This document shows positions 1 through 12,685 of a DNA stretch of 64,000 nt, piece after piece. The notes beneath the pieces are model-generated. The model had not been told where the DNA came from, did not search any database, and saw only the letters and a list, made by a program, of their open reading frames with translations. The position numbers and the translations under genes are program-made. Source of the stretch: the human T2T-CHM13v2.0 reference genome, Homo sapiens; the NCBI RefSeq assembly GCF_009914755.1, contig NC_060933.1, one strand, 5' to 3'. The number at the start of each line of letters is the position of its first letter. The stretch's first letter is position 1.

Positions 1-110
1 CAAAGCCCTACTGATCAGCAGGTGAGAATCTGAACAAGTGGAACCTAGAAATTTTAAACTTCACAAAGCTTTGCAAATGATTCTGACAAGCTAAGATAGG
101 AAATCAGTAC
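1..110. mobile_element. MER5-like hAT-Charlie DNA transposon fragment
   Basis: gaatctg...gaacctagaaattttaaac...tgattctgac...gaaatcagtact resembles a MER5 arm; diverged. Confidence 0.45.
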
Positions 111-759
111 TTTAATTTACATCTCATCTTCAGCTGAAGCCCTGAAGAGTAGTTTTGTTTGCTTGTTTGTGTCATTTGTTGGAATGTTTGTTCATTCATT
201 CATCCATTCGTGTTAGTAAAGAATATCATTTTTTTTCTTAAAACGCTTCGATTCTCCACTGGTAATTTTCAGACTTCTTATGGGTGAGTGGCCAGGATGT
301 GCTGTGATCAATTTTATAGAGAAGAGGATAAAAGAGGTTCTTCAAAGCACGGGTGCTTCTAGTAGCTTACCCTCGGCAGCATTTTCTCTTCAGTAAATCC
401 TTGACAGTGAGGTCATCCTCCCTCCCTTCCAACTCTCTTTGATTTAGTTCTAAATTTGCTGATTCCCATTGGACTTTGGTGCTTCCCCTAAAGCAAGGAT
501 TGTATCAAACTTTGCTAATGTCCATAATCTCTTAACATCATCGCTTTTTTTCTATCTCAGACATCATAGATCAAAAGAAAATGTATAAGATTACAATATA
601 TCCCTATTTAAAACTTTTCAAAGATTTCTCATTTAATGAAGAAAATTCAGACTTCTGACCATGTTCTTGTGCCCCTGCATGACCCTGCTCCTGTTGGCCT
701 TTTTGACTGCATTGTGTCCATTTTTTCTTGTTCTCTAGCTTCAAAACCCCTGTCCTGTT

Positions 760-1150
760 TTGTGAACATAAAGCTTCCTGCCTCTGGACTTTCACTTTTT
801 TTTTTGCCCTATTTTGGGTATTTTTCTAATGGATATCTTATTCTAATATTCAGATCTTGCTTAATTGTCACCTCCTCAGACAGAACTTCCCTGACCAATC
901 TATTTTATGTCTTCTTCCATACCTGATTACTCTCTCGTTTATCTCCCAATATATTTTCTTTGCAGCAACAATAAAAATCTGTTATGGTCTGGTTGTTAAT
1001 GAGTTCATTGTCTATGCTCTGTCATCTTATTAGAATGTATACGTTCCCGAAGTGCAGAGATTTTGCACCTCTTCTCTAAGATAGAATCCCTGGCTCTCAG
1101 AAGAGTGCCTGACACAAACCAGCATTCAATATGTATTTGTTGAATGAGTA
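760..1150 (+). mobile_element. L2 LINE 3' end
   Basis: tgtcacctcctcagacagaacttccctgacc ... agagtgcctgacaca...caatatgtatttgttgaatgag, typical L2 terminus. Confidence 0.75.
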
Positions 1151-1609
1151 CTTTAGAGTTTCAGATTTCCCCACTGGTTAGACTATGCTGAAGTTAGAAG
1201 TAGCTTCTTGTCCCACTTTCAGTGTCATAAGAAACTATTCTCTTGGTACATCTGGTCCACCTACGAGTTATAATAATTATTCTTAGTCATAATGGCTTAT
1301 AAATTACTAATATCCTCTTACTAACTAACTTGAATACTGTTTTCCATAACATAAGGATACATTCTTTCCAAACTGGCTTCAAAAAAAAAATCCAGTATCA
1401 CTCTTAGAGTGTATTGGCAATAACAGTATTAGTAAATAATAATGAACATCTGAGTCACTATAGCAATTGGATAAACCACCCAATGAAGATGTATTATCAT
1501 TTCATTATTTGTACACAGCAAACATGTTCTTATTAACTACCAAGTCTGGTTGCATTAAGAAAGTTTTTAACCTTTTCATACAGAAGTTTATATGATTCTA
1601 AACTTGAAG

Positions 1610-1775
1610 CATGACAGTGTAGAAAAAGTACTGGGAGAAACTGTAACTTGGAGTAATTATTTCACTCTCTTCTATGATCTTGGAAATGTCATGTCGCATA
1701 TCTGAACCTAAATTTTCTCCCCAATAAAATAGTGATAAAGCCTAACCCATGGAGTTATTGTGACATTCAACATCC
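1610..1775 (+). mobile_element. MIR SINE (donor of the 89-bp copy at 3612-3700)
   Basis: ctatgatcttggaaatgtca...tctgaacctaaattttctccccaataaaatagtgata...gagttattgtgacattcaa follows the MIR core. Confidence 0.6.
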
Positions 1776-2599
1776 AAGTATAATTCCGTACATGCATATA
1801 TTTTATCAGAGCCAAAACCTTATTCAAATGTAAAGGAATATTATATGAATTGAAATTTCTAGTCGTCCATTTAAAGGGACTTATTGGACATCTAGTATGT
1901 GTAAGAGAATAAAAAAATAAACAGACACAGTCTATGTCCTCATGAAGCATTTAATCTAAGTGAGAACAATGTTAGTTATAGGTAAATATATCATTATTTT
2001 TTATAAGTGTTAAGGTTATCAAGAAGATATAATATTAATTTATTTATCAATACATAACAGCATACTCTAGTTATAAAACTGATATTGTCCCAGGACAATC
2101 CTCTATTATGCCAACATTAATCTATTAAATTTCTCATTCTCTGAGGAAAAGAAAAGAAGTGGGAGACATTTCAATAATGGAATAGTGTTGTGCACTGGCA
2201 ATGGTCTAATACGTTAGAGTTGTTTCCAAGTCCAGATTAACACAGTTCATGGACGACTGGAAAGCAAAGGAATTTTCTTAGAGAAAATGTATGTATCAAC
2301 TTCCAGTTCCATCTACATTCTGACATTGGAATTTTACCCATCTTAATTTTCACTCCCAGTTTTACCTTAATAGTGCCTATCTTCTGAAGACTCTCATATT
2401 CCTTTACTTCTCAATTTCCTTATCATTACAGTAGTCTTGACCATTTATCAATGTCATCATAATATTCTTCTAATATTCATGTCTGTGTTTCTAGCATTTC
2501 CTTTTCCAATTTAGATAATATCAGCTCTTAAGGATCATTTGGTCTGTAACAGTTTAAGCTATATAAGTCATAAAAGCAATTGGAAATTTGATTCTATGA

Positions 2600-3165
2600 T
2601 ACTCAACAAAAAGGCAAAAATGTCTACACACAATGAGAAGAGGATACATTGAGAAATTATTCAGAGCACACAATACAGAGAAAGGCTAACTTTATTAATA
2701 TGCAAAGAGCTCTTGAAAATCAATAAGAGAAAGACAAATGGCCTAATAAAAATGGGCAAGGAAGATGAACAGGCAGTCCACAAAAAGAATTATCCAAATG
2801 GCCAATAAACATGAAAAAGAGTGCAATCTCAGACATAGTTAAGGAAAAGCACATTAAAATTTTAATGAGATGCTGTTTGTCACCTACAGAATGGTATAGA
2901 TTAGAGTTTTAGAATACTACATATTGCCAGTGGTTGAGAAAACCAGATCTTGCATAACTGTAAAAAAAAAGTCAATTTTGTTCTATCAAAACTTTAAAAA
3001 TGCATATCTTTCAAAGAGTAGTTCCATTTTTTTAGATTATACCCCATAGAGATATTCGTACTTATTTATTTCTGAAAGCATTTACAGCTTTGTATGTGAT
3101 TTCAAGGAAAAAAATTATAAAGATCATTGATGCTCATGAATAGAAAATTGGTTAAATAAATTTGA
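2600..3165 (+). mobile_element. Old L1M (L1ME-like) ORF2 3' region fragment
   Basis: aaagagctcttgaaaatcaataag...aaaatgggcaaggaagatgaacaggcagt...caaatggccaataaacatgaaaaaga. Confidence 0.75.
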
Positions 3166-3611
3166 GAAAGTGCCCAACAAATAGCACACCATTTCCCTGC
3201 CTGAATTCAGAATCAATTGAGAAAAAACACAAAGAGAAGCACACGTGGAGACAAAAATATCCTTGTTTAAAAATTCAATAAAGGCCATGTTAAAGAATGT
3301 GGCTTATATATGTAGGCAAATTGGCTCCCTAAAATACCTATGACTGGCTTAGACCATTACAGCATTTCCCACAGGGCAGAACTTGCTCCTGTAGAGAGTG
3401 CACTCCTATAGGAGTGCATGCTTTTGGGGTCAGCACTCTCTAAAGAGTCAAAAGGAAGAAGCTAAGATAAGCATGCCCAGTCCATTCTCCCTGCATTGAC
3501 CGGTCCTATAAATCACTCCATTCCAGAGTATGTGGACTAAACAAGGGAGCAGAAGGAAGCCAGACAGTTCTACTAACTGAAATCCATATCAAGGTATATA
3601 TGGATCTACCT

Positions 3612-3700
3612 TGTGGAAAAAGCATAGGGGGAAATTGTGACTTGGAGTAATTACTTCACTCTCTTCTATGATCTTGGAAATGGCATGTCCTATATCTGAA
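3612..3700 (+). repeat. 89-bp dispersed direct copy of 1618-1706
   Basis: Ungapped manual alignment, 78/89 identical. Confidence 0.9.
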
Positions 3701-4801
3701 AATGAGGACTGGGATCAAAGCTTTGCCCCTCCCCTGAAATGCAGGTGGCAACAAGTATGTGCTCAAAAGAAAGAACTACAAGAAATATGATTAAATATGA
3801 AAGACAAAGTGAGTGCAATAAGTATTCTCATTTCGTTATAAGCCATCTAAGCACACTAAGCACACTGGACTAACTCAGATCCTTCTGAAGACAGGAAGTA
3901 ACTCCTATTAATTGAATTTGTGCAAGTGAACAGGATCAAGGACTTGGAGCAAGTGTTACTGTTTATTTTATAACCTCTGAATTCTTTAGCATTGTTTTTA
4001 TTGTGTGCACATATTATTTTAATAATAATGATAAAAACAAAACAAATTTAAAACATGTATCTCTACCTGATTGTTGCTACAGAATGAAAAGAAAAAAAGC
4101 AAATTCCTTTTTTTACTCACTTGTTCCAAACATCTCTTCCAACTTAGTCTCCAGCTAGCACCAAGATGTGAAGCCTGAATACCACCAAATATTTACATTA
4201 TCCTAGCTAAGGTTATTTAGTCAGTTGAAAAATACCCATCAGCTCTGCCTGTCAATAAACTGCCTGTCTAAGAAGTCATACTCCTATGCCACTGCTAGGC
4301 AAGAAGATTGATAGACCATTTCTCAAAGATGACATAGCTCTATCTCTCAACAACTTTAAAAATGCCTTTTTTACCTGGCAATTCTAGTTTTAGGATTTAT
4401 TATAAAGCAATCATCATGGATGGGAGTAAATACTTGGTTTCTAGAAGGTTAATTTAGAATATTCTTTTTAATCATAATGCTCTTGGGAGCTAGGTGGCTT
4501 TCCCAGTAGGATAAGACATAGTCTCTGCCATCAGAGACTTTATACCTTGAACAGAAGTCACACATACAGCAAGAGGGTCTAAAAACCTGTGGAGGAACAG
4601 TCTAGGGAGGGAAGAAATGACAGCAGGGAAACACGGGAAGGCTTCCTGGAATAGACGGTTAATACTAAACATCCACTGTTAGGAAATTCGCTAAATAAGG
4701 TATGAAACATCCTTACAGGTATGAGACAGTAAAAGAAACTTTGTAGTCATCAAAATGATAGAGAAGCATGTATAATGGCCCAAAAAGATGCCCATGACAC
4801 A

Positions 4802-5099
4802 TTTTTTTTTCTTTTTTTGAGACAGAGCCTTGCTCTGTTGGCCAGGCTGGAGTGCAGTGGCACAATTTCTGCTCACTGCAACCTCTGTCTCCTGGGTTCA
4901 AGCGATTCTCCTGACTCAGCCTCCTGAGTAGCCGGGATTACAGGCATGTGCCACACACCCGGCTAATTTTTGTATTTTTCATAGAGATGGTGTTTAGCCA
5001 TGTTGGCCAGGCTGGTCTCGAACTCCTGACGTCAGATGATCTGCCCACCTCAGCCTTCCAAAGTGCTGGGATTACAGGTGTGAGCCACTGCGCCCTGCC
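4802..5099 (-). mobile_element. Full-length AluS (Sx/Sz-like)
   Basis: Poly-T followed by the reverse Alu dimer; degenerate TSD cacatt(t/c)tt at 4798-4806 and 5100-5108. Confidence 0.95.
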
Positions 5100-5139
5100 C
5101 ACATTCTTAAGTGGAAAACACATAGGTACAAAACATTGT

Positions 5140-5350
5140 GTAAAATATGCACCTATTTTTGTAAATAAAATCTGAACAGCAAAGGTATAGAAGAGCACAC
5201 ACTAAAATATCAATGGAAGTTATCTCCCTGTATGATGATATAATGACCTATTTTTCATTTACTTTTGTTTTTCTACATATCTATATTTTCTCAAATTTCC
5301 CTAATAAACATATTACTCAAGAACTAAAGGAAATTAATTATTTTTAATGA
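5140..5350 (+). mobile_element. L1ME-type 3' UTR fragment
   Basis: acacactaaaatatcaatggaagttatctc...tattttctcaaatttccctaataaacatattact. Confidence 0.5.
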
Positions 5351-5731
5351 AAAAAAGTAGCAGAAGAATACTATCAAGTCCTAGCTAAGGAGTCATCTAT
5401 TCCAGGAAGCCTTCCTGTGTTTCCATGTTATTATTTCTCCCCTCCCTAGAGTGTTCCTCCACAGGTTTTTAGACCTTCTTGCTGTATGTGTGACTTCCGT
5501 TCAAGGTATAAAGTCTCTGATGGCAGGGACCATGTCTTATCCTACTGGGAAAGCCACCTAGCTCCCAAGAGCACTGCAAGGTTCATGTGTACATAATCAC
5601 TGTTTGTGACCTGAGTGGAATGACTTCTATTGGGTTTGCCTTTAGAAAAAGAATATAAAAGTATTGATGGTGAAACCATAGATGTAGGCCATGCTAGGTA
5701 GTGAAATAACCCATTTAAAACATTACTTGGA

Positions 5732-6085
<354 letters not shown>

Positions 6086-7024
6086 TCATTTTCTTCCATT
6101 TGACTGTGATTCCATTTCAGGAGGTACCTTCCTGAAAGGATCTCTACACGTTAAACAGAGGCAGTGCTATGGCACAGCCCATATCAAGTGTTAATAAGGA
6201 AACACTTACTATGGAGAAAGTTCTGAGTGTTTCACCAATCCAACCCCTGTACAAACTGGAGTTATTAATAAAGACTCTGATAATCCAACACCTGCTTTCA
6301 TTCTCGCTTTTTGAGGGAATAAAAACTGCAAGGTAAGCCTTGGCAGTTTTGGATCTCTCTAGGACTTGTTAAATTTCTCTCTCCCTCTTCTCCTACCTTT
6401 TGAAATCCTAAGCGCTGGTGCTTTATGTTCTGGCTTGTAAATGAAGCCTGTTATTATCATTGAGATAGTGTTTTTATGGCATAAATAATGAGCTCAAACA
6501 GGGGAAGTGGCGTTGGGTGGAATTACTGCTTGAGCTGAGATGGAAATAATCAATATGTCCTCACTTACAAATCTCATCTGCATGTCAACTCCATCCTGCT
6601 GGCAGTCTCCCTACAGATTCATTTCACAGGAGGCCCAATAAAACATGCGGGTGGCATTGATCTGTTTTATTCATAGCCATAGACAGAAATGCATCATTTG
6701 AAATTAATAGAAGAGCTTGTGTTTATAACCCAACTCAGAATAAGTAGCCTGCAATGCAGACCATTAAGAGAGGACTCATCCACCCAGAGGAAGAGATGAC
6801 CATGGGGATTAGGGATCAGGGAACCATGTTTAAAATCCTCTGTGATGTCATGCCTATTCTCACTCATCCTGCTTCAGGGTTTTGCAACCTGAATGCTACC
6901 ATTACTCATTAGAACAATTGCTTAAATCAGCCCAAGTTGCTATGATCAGTTTTTAGTATCTTTCTCAAATTCTGTCTGCCTTTTTTGTCCCCTTCAACCC
7001 TGTGCAAAATGAACACTAAGATAT

Positions 7025-7250
7025 AATCTCATAGAAATGGAAAGGAAACTTAGAAACCATCCATTTCAATCTTGCTCCTAATTGTTATATGTGTCCTATA
7101 TCACAATGGTCAACTAGTCTGATTGAATATCTCTAGAGATAGAAAATTCACTATTTTATAACACAGCCTCATATGAAAAAGAGTTTAGAAAGCTTTGATT
7201 TTTTGAAAGTTCTAGTAAAAATCATCCCTTTTGGTATATTAAGGGAGGTA
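7025..7250 (-). mobile_element. L3/CR1-like fragment
   Basis: aatctcatagaaatggaaaggaaacttagaaaccatc...gaatatctctagagatagaaaattcactatt. Confidence 0.4.
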
Positions 7251-7435
7251 GTTCTATTCCCTGGAGTATTCCCGGAGTGCCCCGTGACATTCCTCGTATA
7301 ATATCATTTTAATGGCCTTGAATGGACTGAATGATAGCGGTTTCCACTTAGCTCTTTAGTTTATCACATAATATTCTATATTCTTCATGTGTTTAATCAG
7401 TTTCAGTTTTTATAACACCTCACGTCTCCTCCTGA

Positions 7436-7887
<452 letters not shown>

Positions 7888-7944
7888 TGTTATATATCTT
7901 AATCCTACCAAATGTCTTCTTGCATAGCTCATATTGCATTTTTA

Positions 7945-8680
7945 ATTAAATGTTTTACTTTGAGATAATTGTAAATTCACATGCAGTTATAAGAAATAAT
8001 ACAGTGAGATCTTGTGTACCCTTTACTTAGATTCCCCCAATCATAATCTCTGGCGGAACCGTAATACAATAGTACAGCTGGGATATTGACATTGATACAC
8101 TTCATCAATCTTATTTATATTTCCCGAATGTTACTTACATATGTTTGTATGTGTTTATTTCTATGCACTTTTATCCCATATGTAGGTTCATGTGTCTAAT
8201 ACCACAGTGAAGACACAAAATAATGTATCACTATAAGTGGTTGCCCTTTTATAGTCACATCTACTTCCCTCTCCTCATACCTACCCTGATTCCTTCACCC
8301 AACCCCTAGCAACCACCAGTGTGTTCTCCATTTTAATTACTTTGTCATTTTAACATGTTATGTAAATAGAGCCATTCTTTATGTAACCACTTGGGATTGA
8401 CTTTTTTTCCCTCTGAATAATTCCTCCTTAGAAATTAATGCCAGATTTTGTCTGTATCAATTGCTCTTTGTTTTTTTTTTTATTGTATCCCACAGTATGG
8501 ATGTACCACAGTTTGTTTAACCATTCGTCACCAGGGAACAATATCTGAATTTGTGTTTTTTCTCCCAGTTTTTAAAGATTAAAAATAAAGCATCTATGAA
8601 CATTTATGTCTGAACAAATATTTTCATTGTTCTGGAGAAAGTGTCCAGAAAAACCATTGCTGGGCTGTATTACCATTGCT
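7945..8680 (-). mobile_element. L1MC-like 3' end
   Basis: ttgagataattgtaaattcacatgcagttataagaaataatacag...tatggatgtaccacagtttgtttaaccattc. Confidence 0.8.
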
Positions 8681-9559
8681 TTTGATAATTATATGTTTGA
8701 GCTGTTGAATTCACTTAGAACTGTATTCCTCACTTGGCTGTAGGTGAAGTGACACCTGAAGACTAAATCTGTATCTTTGGCTCCTAGTATAATGCTAGGC
8801 ACCTAATTGTTATTAAATGAATGCAGTTCATGTAGGTTTATTTTTTTAATACTCTCCCAACTCGTATGGGGGCTTGATCTTGAGCTTCTCAGCCGCACCA
8901 GACACACTAGATTTCTCTAGTTGCAGCTTTCTTTACTGGAGATTATGAATGTTCTGAGATTTTGCCGCTAAGAATTCAGAAGGAGGAAGACTCGTCCATC
9001 TGACTCCTATAATCCTCTTCTTCCAGGTCAATTATCTTATCTCTTTGGTTTCCTGCTGAAATAATGTCTCTTGGGTCCTCTTGATTCTAGAGAATTCACT
9101 CTGCAGAATTTAAAGTGGAAGGGAAAATACTAACAAAAAGAAATACCAGAGACTCAATTTTGATAATAGTAACCTTTTATCTGTAAGCTGGTGGAACGTG
9201 ACCAGAAAGATCTAACAGTGAACAAAGACAAGAAAAAAAATTTTTTAAACAAAAATGTGTTTCCTCAATTTGTTTTCTGTGCTCCTCTCAAACATAACAT
9301 TTCTAAAGGTGGGCTTTCCAGAGAAGCCCACTATTTTGGAGGGCCTGGGTTTCTTTTTGGAACTTTGTTTTACCCTAGTTGGGTAAATCCACCTCCCAGA
9401 CTTCAGTTGCACAATAAAATAAATGATGATAACAGTTCCTAAATAGGTCATATGAAATAAGGCATGGAAAGATAATGATGCAACCATTAAACACTGTGTA
9501 AATGTGTATGTCCATTTTTGCCCTTCAGATACTGAAACTGGGCACCTGCAGCACCTTTA

Positions 9560-10130
9560 TTCCAATTCAGTTCAACAGATTTGATCTGAGCATATACCAT
9601 ATTCTAGGCATTAAAGATACTTGTGTGTGGTGGGGAGTGGAATGGGGGTTGGTATAAAAGTACAAGCCCTGTACTATCCTGCTACCGTAGAAGGAAATAA
9701 TTGTAATATTATAATACTAGATGGAAATAGAAGTCCAATAGAAAACCAGAGGAGGGGCAACTTGAGAAGAATTAGGGAAGGCTCTGGTCATAAGGAAAGA
9801 CTCAGAAGAGGCAATATTTGATGGGTTTGAGAAGAGGTAGAATATGGACATCTTGAATGGAGAAAGAAGATTCAAGAAAAGTGATGTCAGAAGATCAAAG
9901 GCATGGAAAATGAAAAGGAATTAAGAATACATTGAATCTTACAAGGGTATAATGAGTAGATAGGAGTAATTGGGTACATGTATGGAAAGGTAAGATTGGA
10001 TCACATTATGAAGGGCCAACATATTTAGATGTAAAATTTTGGCCTTTAATCTGTTGGCAAAAACAACGTGGAAGATTTCTGAACAAGGACACCACATAAG
10101 GAATTGTGCTGAGGAAGGTGATTATAACAG
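9560..10130 (-). mobile_element. L2 fragment
   Basis: ttcaacagatttgatctgagcatataccatattctaggc... then purine-rich ggatcacattatgaagggcc...tttggcctttaatct. Confidence 0.6.
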
Positions 10131-10339
10131 AAGAAAGGACTTGAGAAAAAGAAACTAGATGAATGCATATTGGCCAATGAGCAAAAAAGAGCATTAAGTC
10201 AGCAAGAACAGAGAATTGGGGCAGCTGAAAAAAGCCAGGGCACTACCAGCAGGGTAGATGATAGTCACAAGGAGAGGAAAAGGGTTGAGGCAGGAAAGTT
10301 AAGCAGGGACACTCTACAAAGTGCCTAATAGGTAAAATG

Positions 10340-10585
10340 AGGTTAGGAGCATAAACTCCACAGACAGACCTAGCTCAGTTTAAATTCTCATTTTTCTACT
10401 TACTTAAGGTATGACCTTAGGCAAGTGGGATATCCTCTCTGTGCCTCAGTGTCCTTATCTGTAAAATATGATCGATGATATAGACCATAAAATATATCCG
10501 TTTTTCATGGTTAAATAAAATAGTAAATATGAACATCATCAAAGCATATCATAAAAAGTTCAATAGATGTTAGCTATGTTATTAT
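10340..10585 (+). mobile_element. MIR SINE
   Basis: tatgaccttaggcaag...ctctctgtgcctcagtgtccttatctgtaaaat...caatagatgttagctat. Confidence 0.8.
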
Positions 10586-10946
10586 TGATCTTATTTTATT
10601 CTAATTATTTTCCAGGAACTTGAATTCTATCTTGTGTGCCAAGAGACACATGATGAATATTGTATTTTAGAAATATCATCTTATGTATCATGTGGAGAAT
10701 AGATTTGAGAGGATTGAGACTCACAGCAAAGAGACCAGTTAGGAGATTTTTGCAATAACCCAGGTAAGAGATAGTGAAAACCTGGATTATAGGAGGGGTT
10801 TTATAACTAAACCTGAGGGCCTGCTCACTGCATTAACCCCATTGCTTGAAAATATACCTGCACATGGAAGGTTCTCAAAATATCTGACGAATGAAAAAAA
10901 AATCTGGAAAATGTTCAAGGAATAAACTTTTAAAATTCACATATAA

Positions 10947-11109
10947 GGCCTGGTGAGGTAACGCACACCTGTAATCACAGCACTTTGGGAGCCTAAAACT
11001 GGAAGGTTGCATGAGCCCCAAGTTGTAGGCTGCAGTGAGCTATGATTGCACCACTGCACTTCAGTCTGGGTGGCAGAGCGAGACCTTGTCTCTAAATAAA
11101 TAAATAAAT
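10947..11109 (+). mobile_element. Alu monomer (FRAM/FAM-like)
   Basis: Single arm ggcctggtg...cctgtaatcacagc...gctgcagtgagctatgattgcaccactgcac...gtctc with (TAAA)n tail. Confidence 0.85.
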
Positions 11110-11267
11110 TTGAAATATGCTATACACCCAGACATGTTCACTTACTCCAAATATATTGTTTCATGAATTTTCACAAACTGAAAAAAAACCCATGCAACCA
11201 TTTCCCAGATCAAGAGACAGAAAATTATCTCCACCCACCAAATCTCTTTTAAAAATTCTCTGGCTGA

Positions 11268-11550
11268 GGCCGGGCATGGTGGCTCACGCCTGTAATCCCA
11301 GCACTTTGGGAGGCCAAGGCGGGTGGATCACGAGGTCAGGAGATCAAGACCATCCTGGCTAACACGGTGAAACCCTGTCTCTACTAAAAATACAAAAACT
11401 TAGCCAAGTGTGGTGGCGGGCACTTGTCCCAGCTACTAGGGAGGATGAGGCAGGAGAATAGCCTGAACCCGGGAGGCGGAGCTTGCAGTGAGCTGAGCTC
11501 ATACTACTGCACTCCAGCCTGGGCAACAGAGTGATACTTAGTCTCAAAAA
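11268..11550 (+). mobile_element. Full-length AluY
   Basis: gagatcaagaccatcctggctaacacgg; TSD aattctctggctg at 11254-11266 and 11552-11564. Confidence 0.95.
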
Positions 11551-12200
11551 GAATTCTCTGGCTGTCGCTATCACCCCACAAAGAAGACACTGTTCTGGCT
11601 TCTAAGAAGAGGCATTAGTTGTGCCTATTTTTGTTTGTTTAATTGTTCGTTTTTTACTTTAGTTTACATAAATGAAGGCATATAAAAGTAGGTATTCCTT
11701 TGTGTCTAATCGATTTGTTTTGCTCAATATGATATCCAAGGAATTCACTTAAACTTTTGTGTGAATCTTTCATTCTCATTGCTGTATATTATTTTTTCTG
11801 TTAATTAAATTATGTTGATGATGGCCACTTGGTCAGTTTCTTATTTGGGACTGTGATTATTCATATTTATAGGAATACTGTAGGTTATGTCTAATGGTAA
11901 GCTTAACTATGAATGTATTTCTGATGTGTGTATACCCATGATCCAGTTGCTGGATCACAGGTAATGCATATACTCAGTTTCGGTAGATACTAGCAGTATC
12001 CTGCAGTCTCCTAAATTGTGTGTTCTATTTTGTACACCCACTGGCAGGATATGAGTATTTTAATTGTTCCACATCCAGAGTATCACCAACACTTGATATT
12101 TTCCATCTTTTTTTTTTTTTTTTAGTTTTTCTGGTGATAAGGATGTCATATGATTTTAATTTTCATTTCCCTGATTATCAATGAACTTAATCTTTTTTCT

Positions 12201-12635
12201 TATATATAGTATACATATATATAGTCTTATATATATAGCTATATATAGTCAATATATAGACTATATCTAGAGTATATATAGTCTATATATAGACTATATA
12301 TAGACTAGATATAGTCTATATATAGACTATACATAGACTATATATATAAGACTATAGACTATATATAGTCAAAATATATTATATATAGTCTATATATCTA
12401 TATAGACTATATATAGTCAATAAACTATAGTCAATAAACTAGCTTTTATATAGTCTATATACAGTCAATAAACAAGACTATATAGTCAATAAACAAGATA
12501 TATACATTATATATAGTCTATATATAGATATATATACTCTCTATATAAATATATATATACTCTGTATATAGTCTATATGTAGTCAATAAACAAGACTATA
12601 TAGTAAATAAACAAGATATATATATAGTCTCTCTC

Positions 12636-12684
<49 letters not shown>
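12201..12684. repeat. Complex TA-rich repeat ending in (CT)n(AT)n
   Basis: Units tatagtc, gactata and agtcaataaacaag seen directly. Confidence 0.95.

Positions 12685-12685
<1 letters not shown>

Noticed and set aside
7945-8110. Similarity to 51150-51300 and 14381-14520 suggesting segmental duplication
   Set aside because: All are related L1M 3' ends; the similarity reflects shared repeat ancestry.
12400-12620. Recurring agtcaataaacaag units resembling a CRISPR-like array
   Set aside because: Eukaryotic context, low-complexity TA spacers of irregular length and no cas genes.
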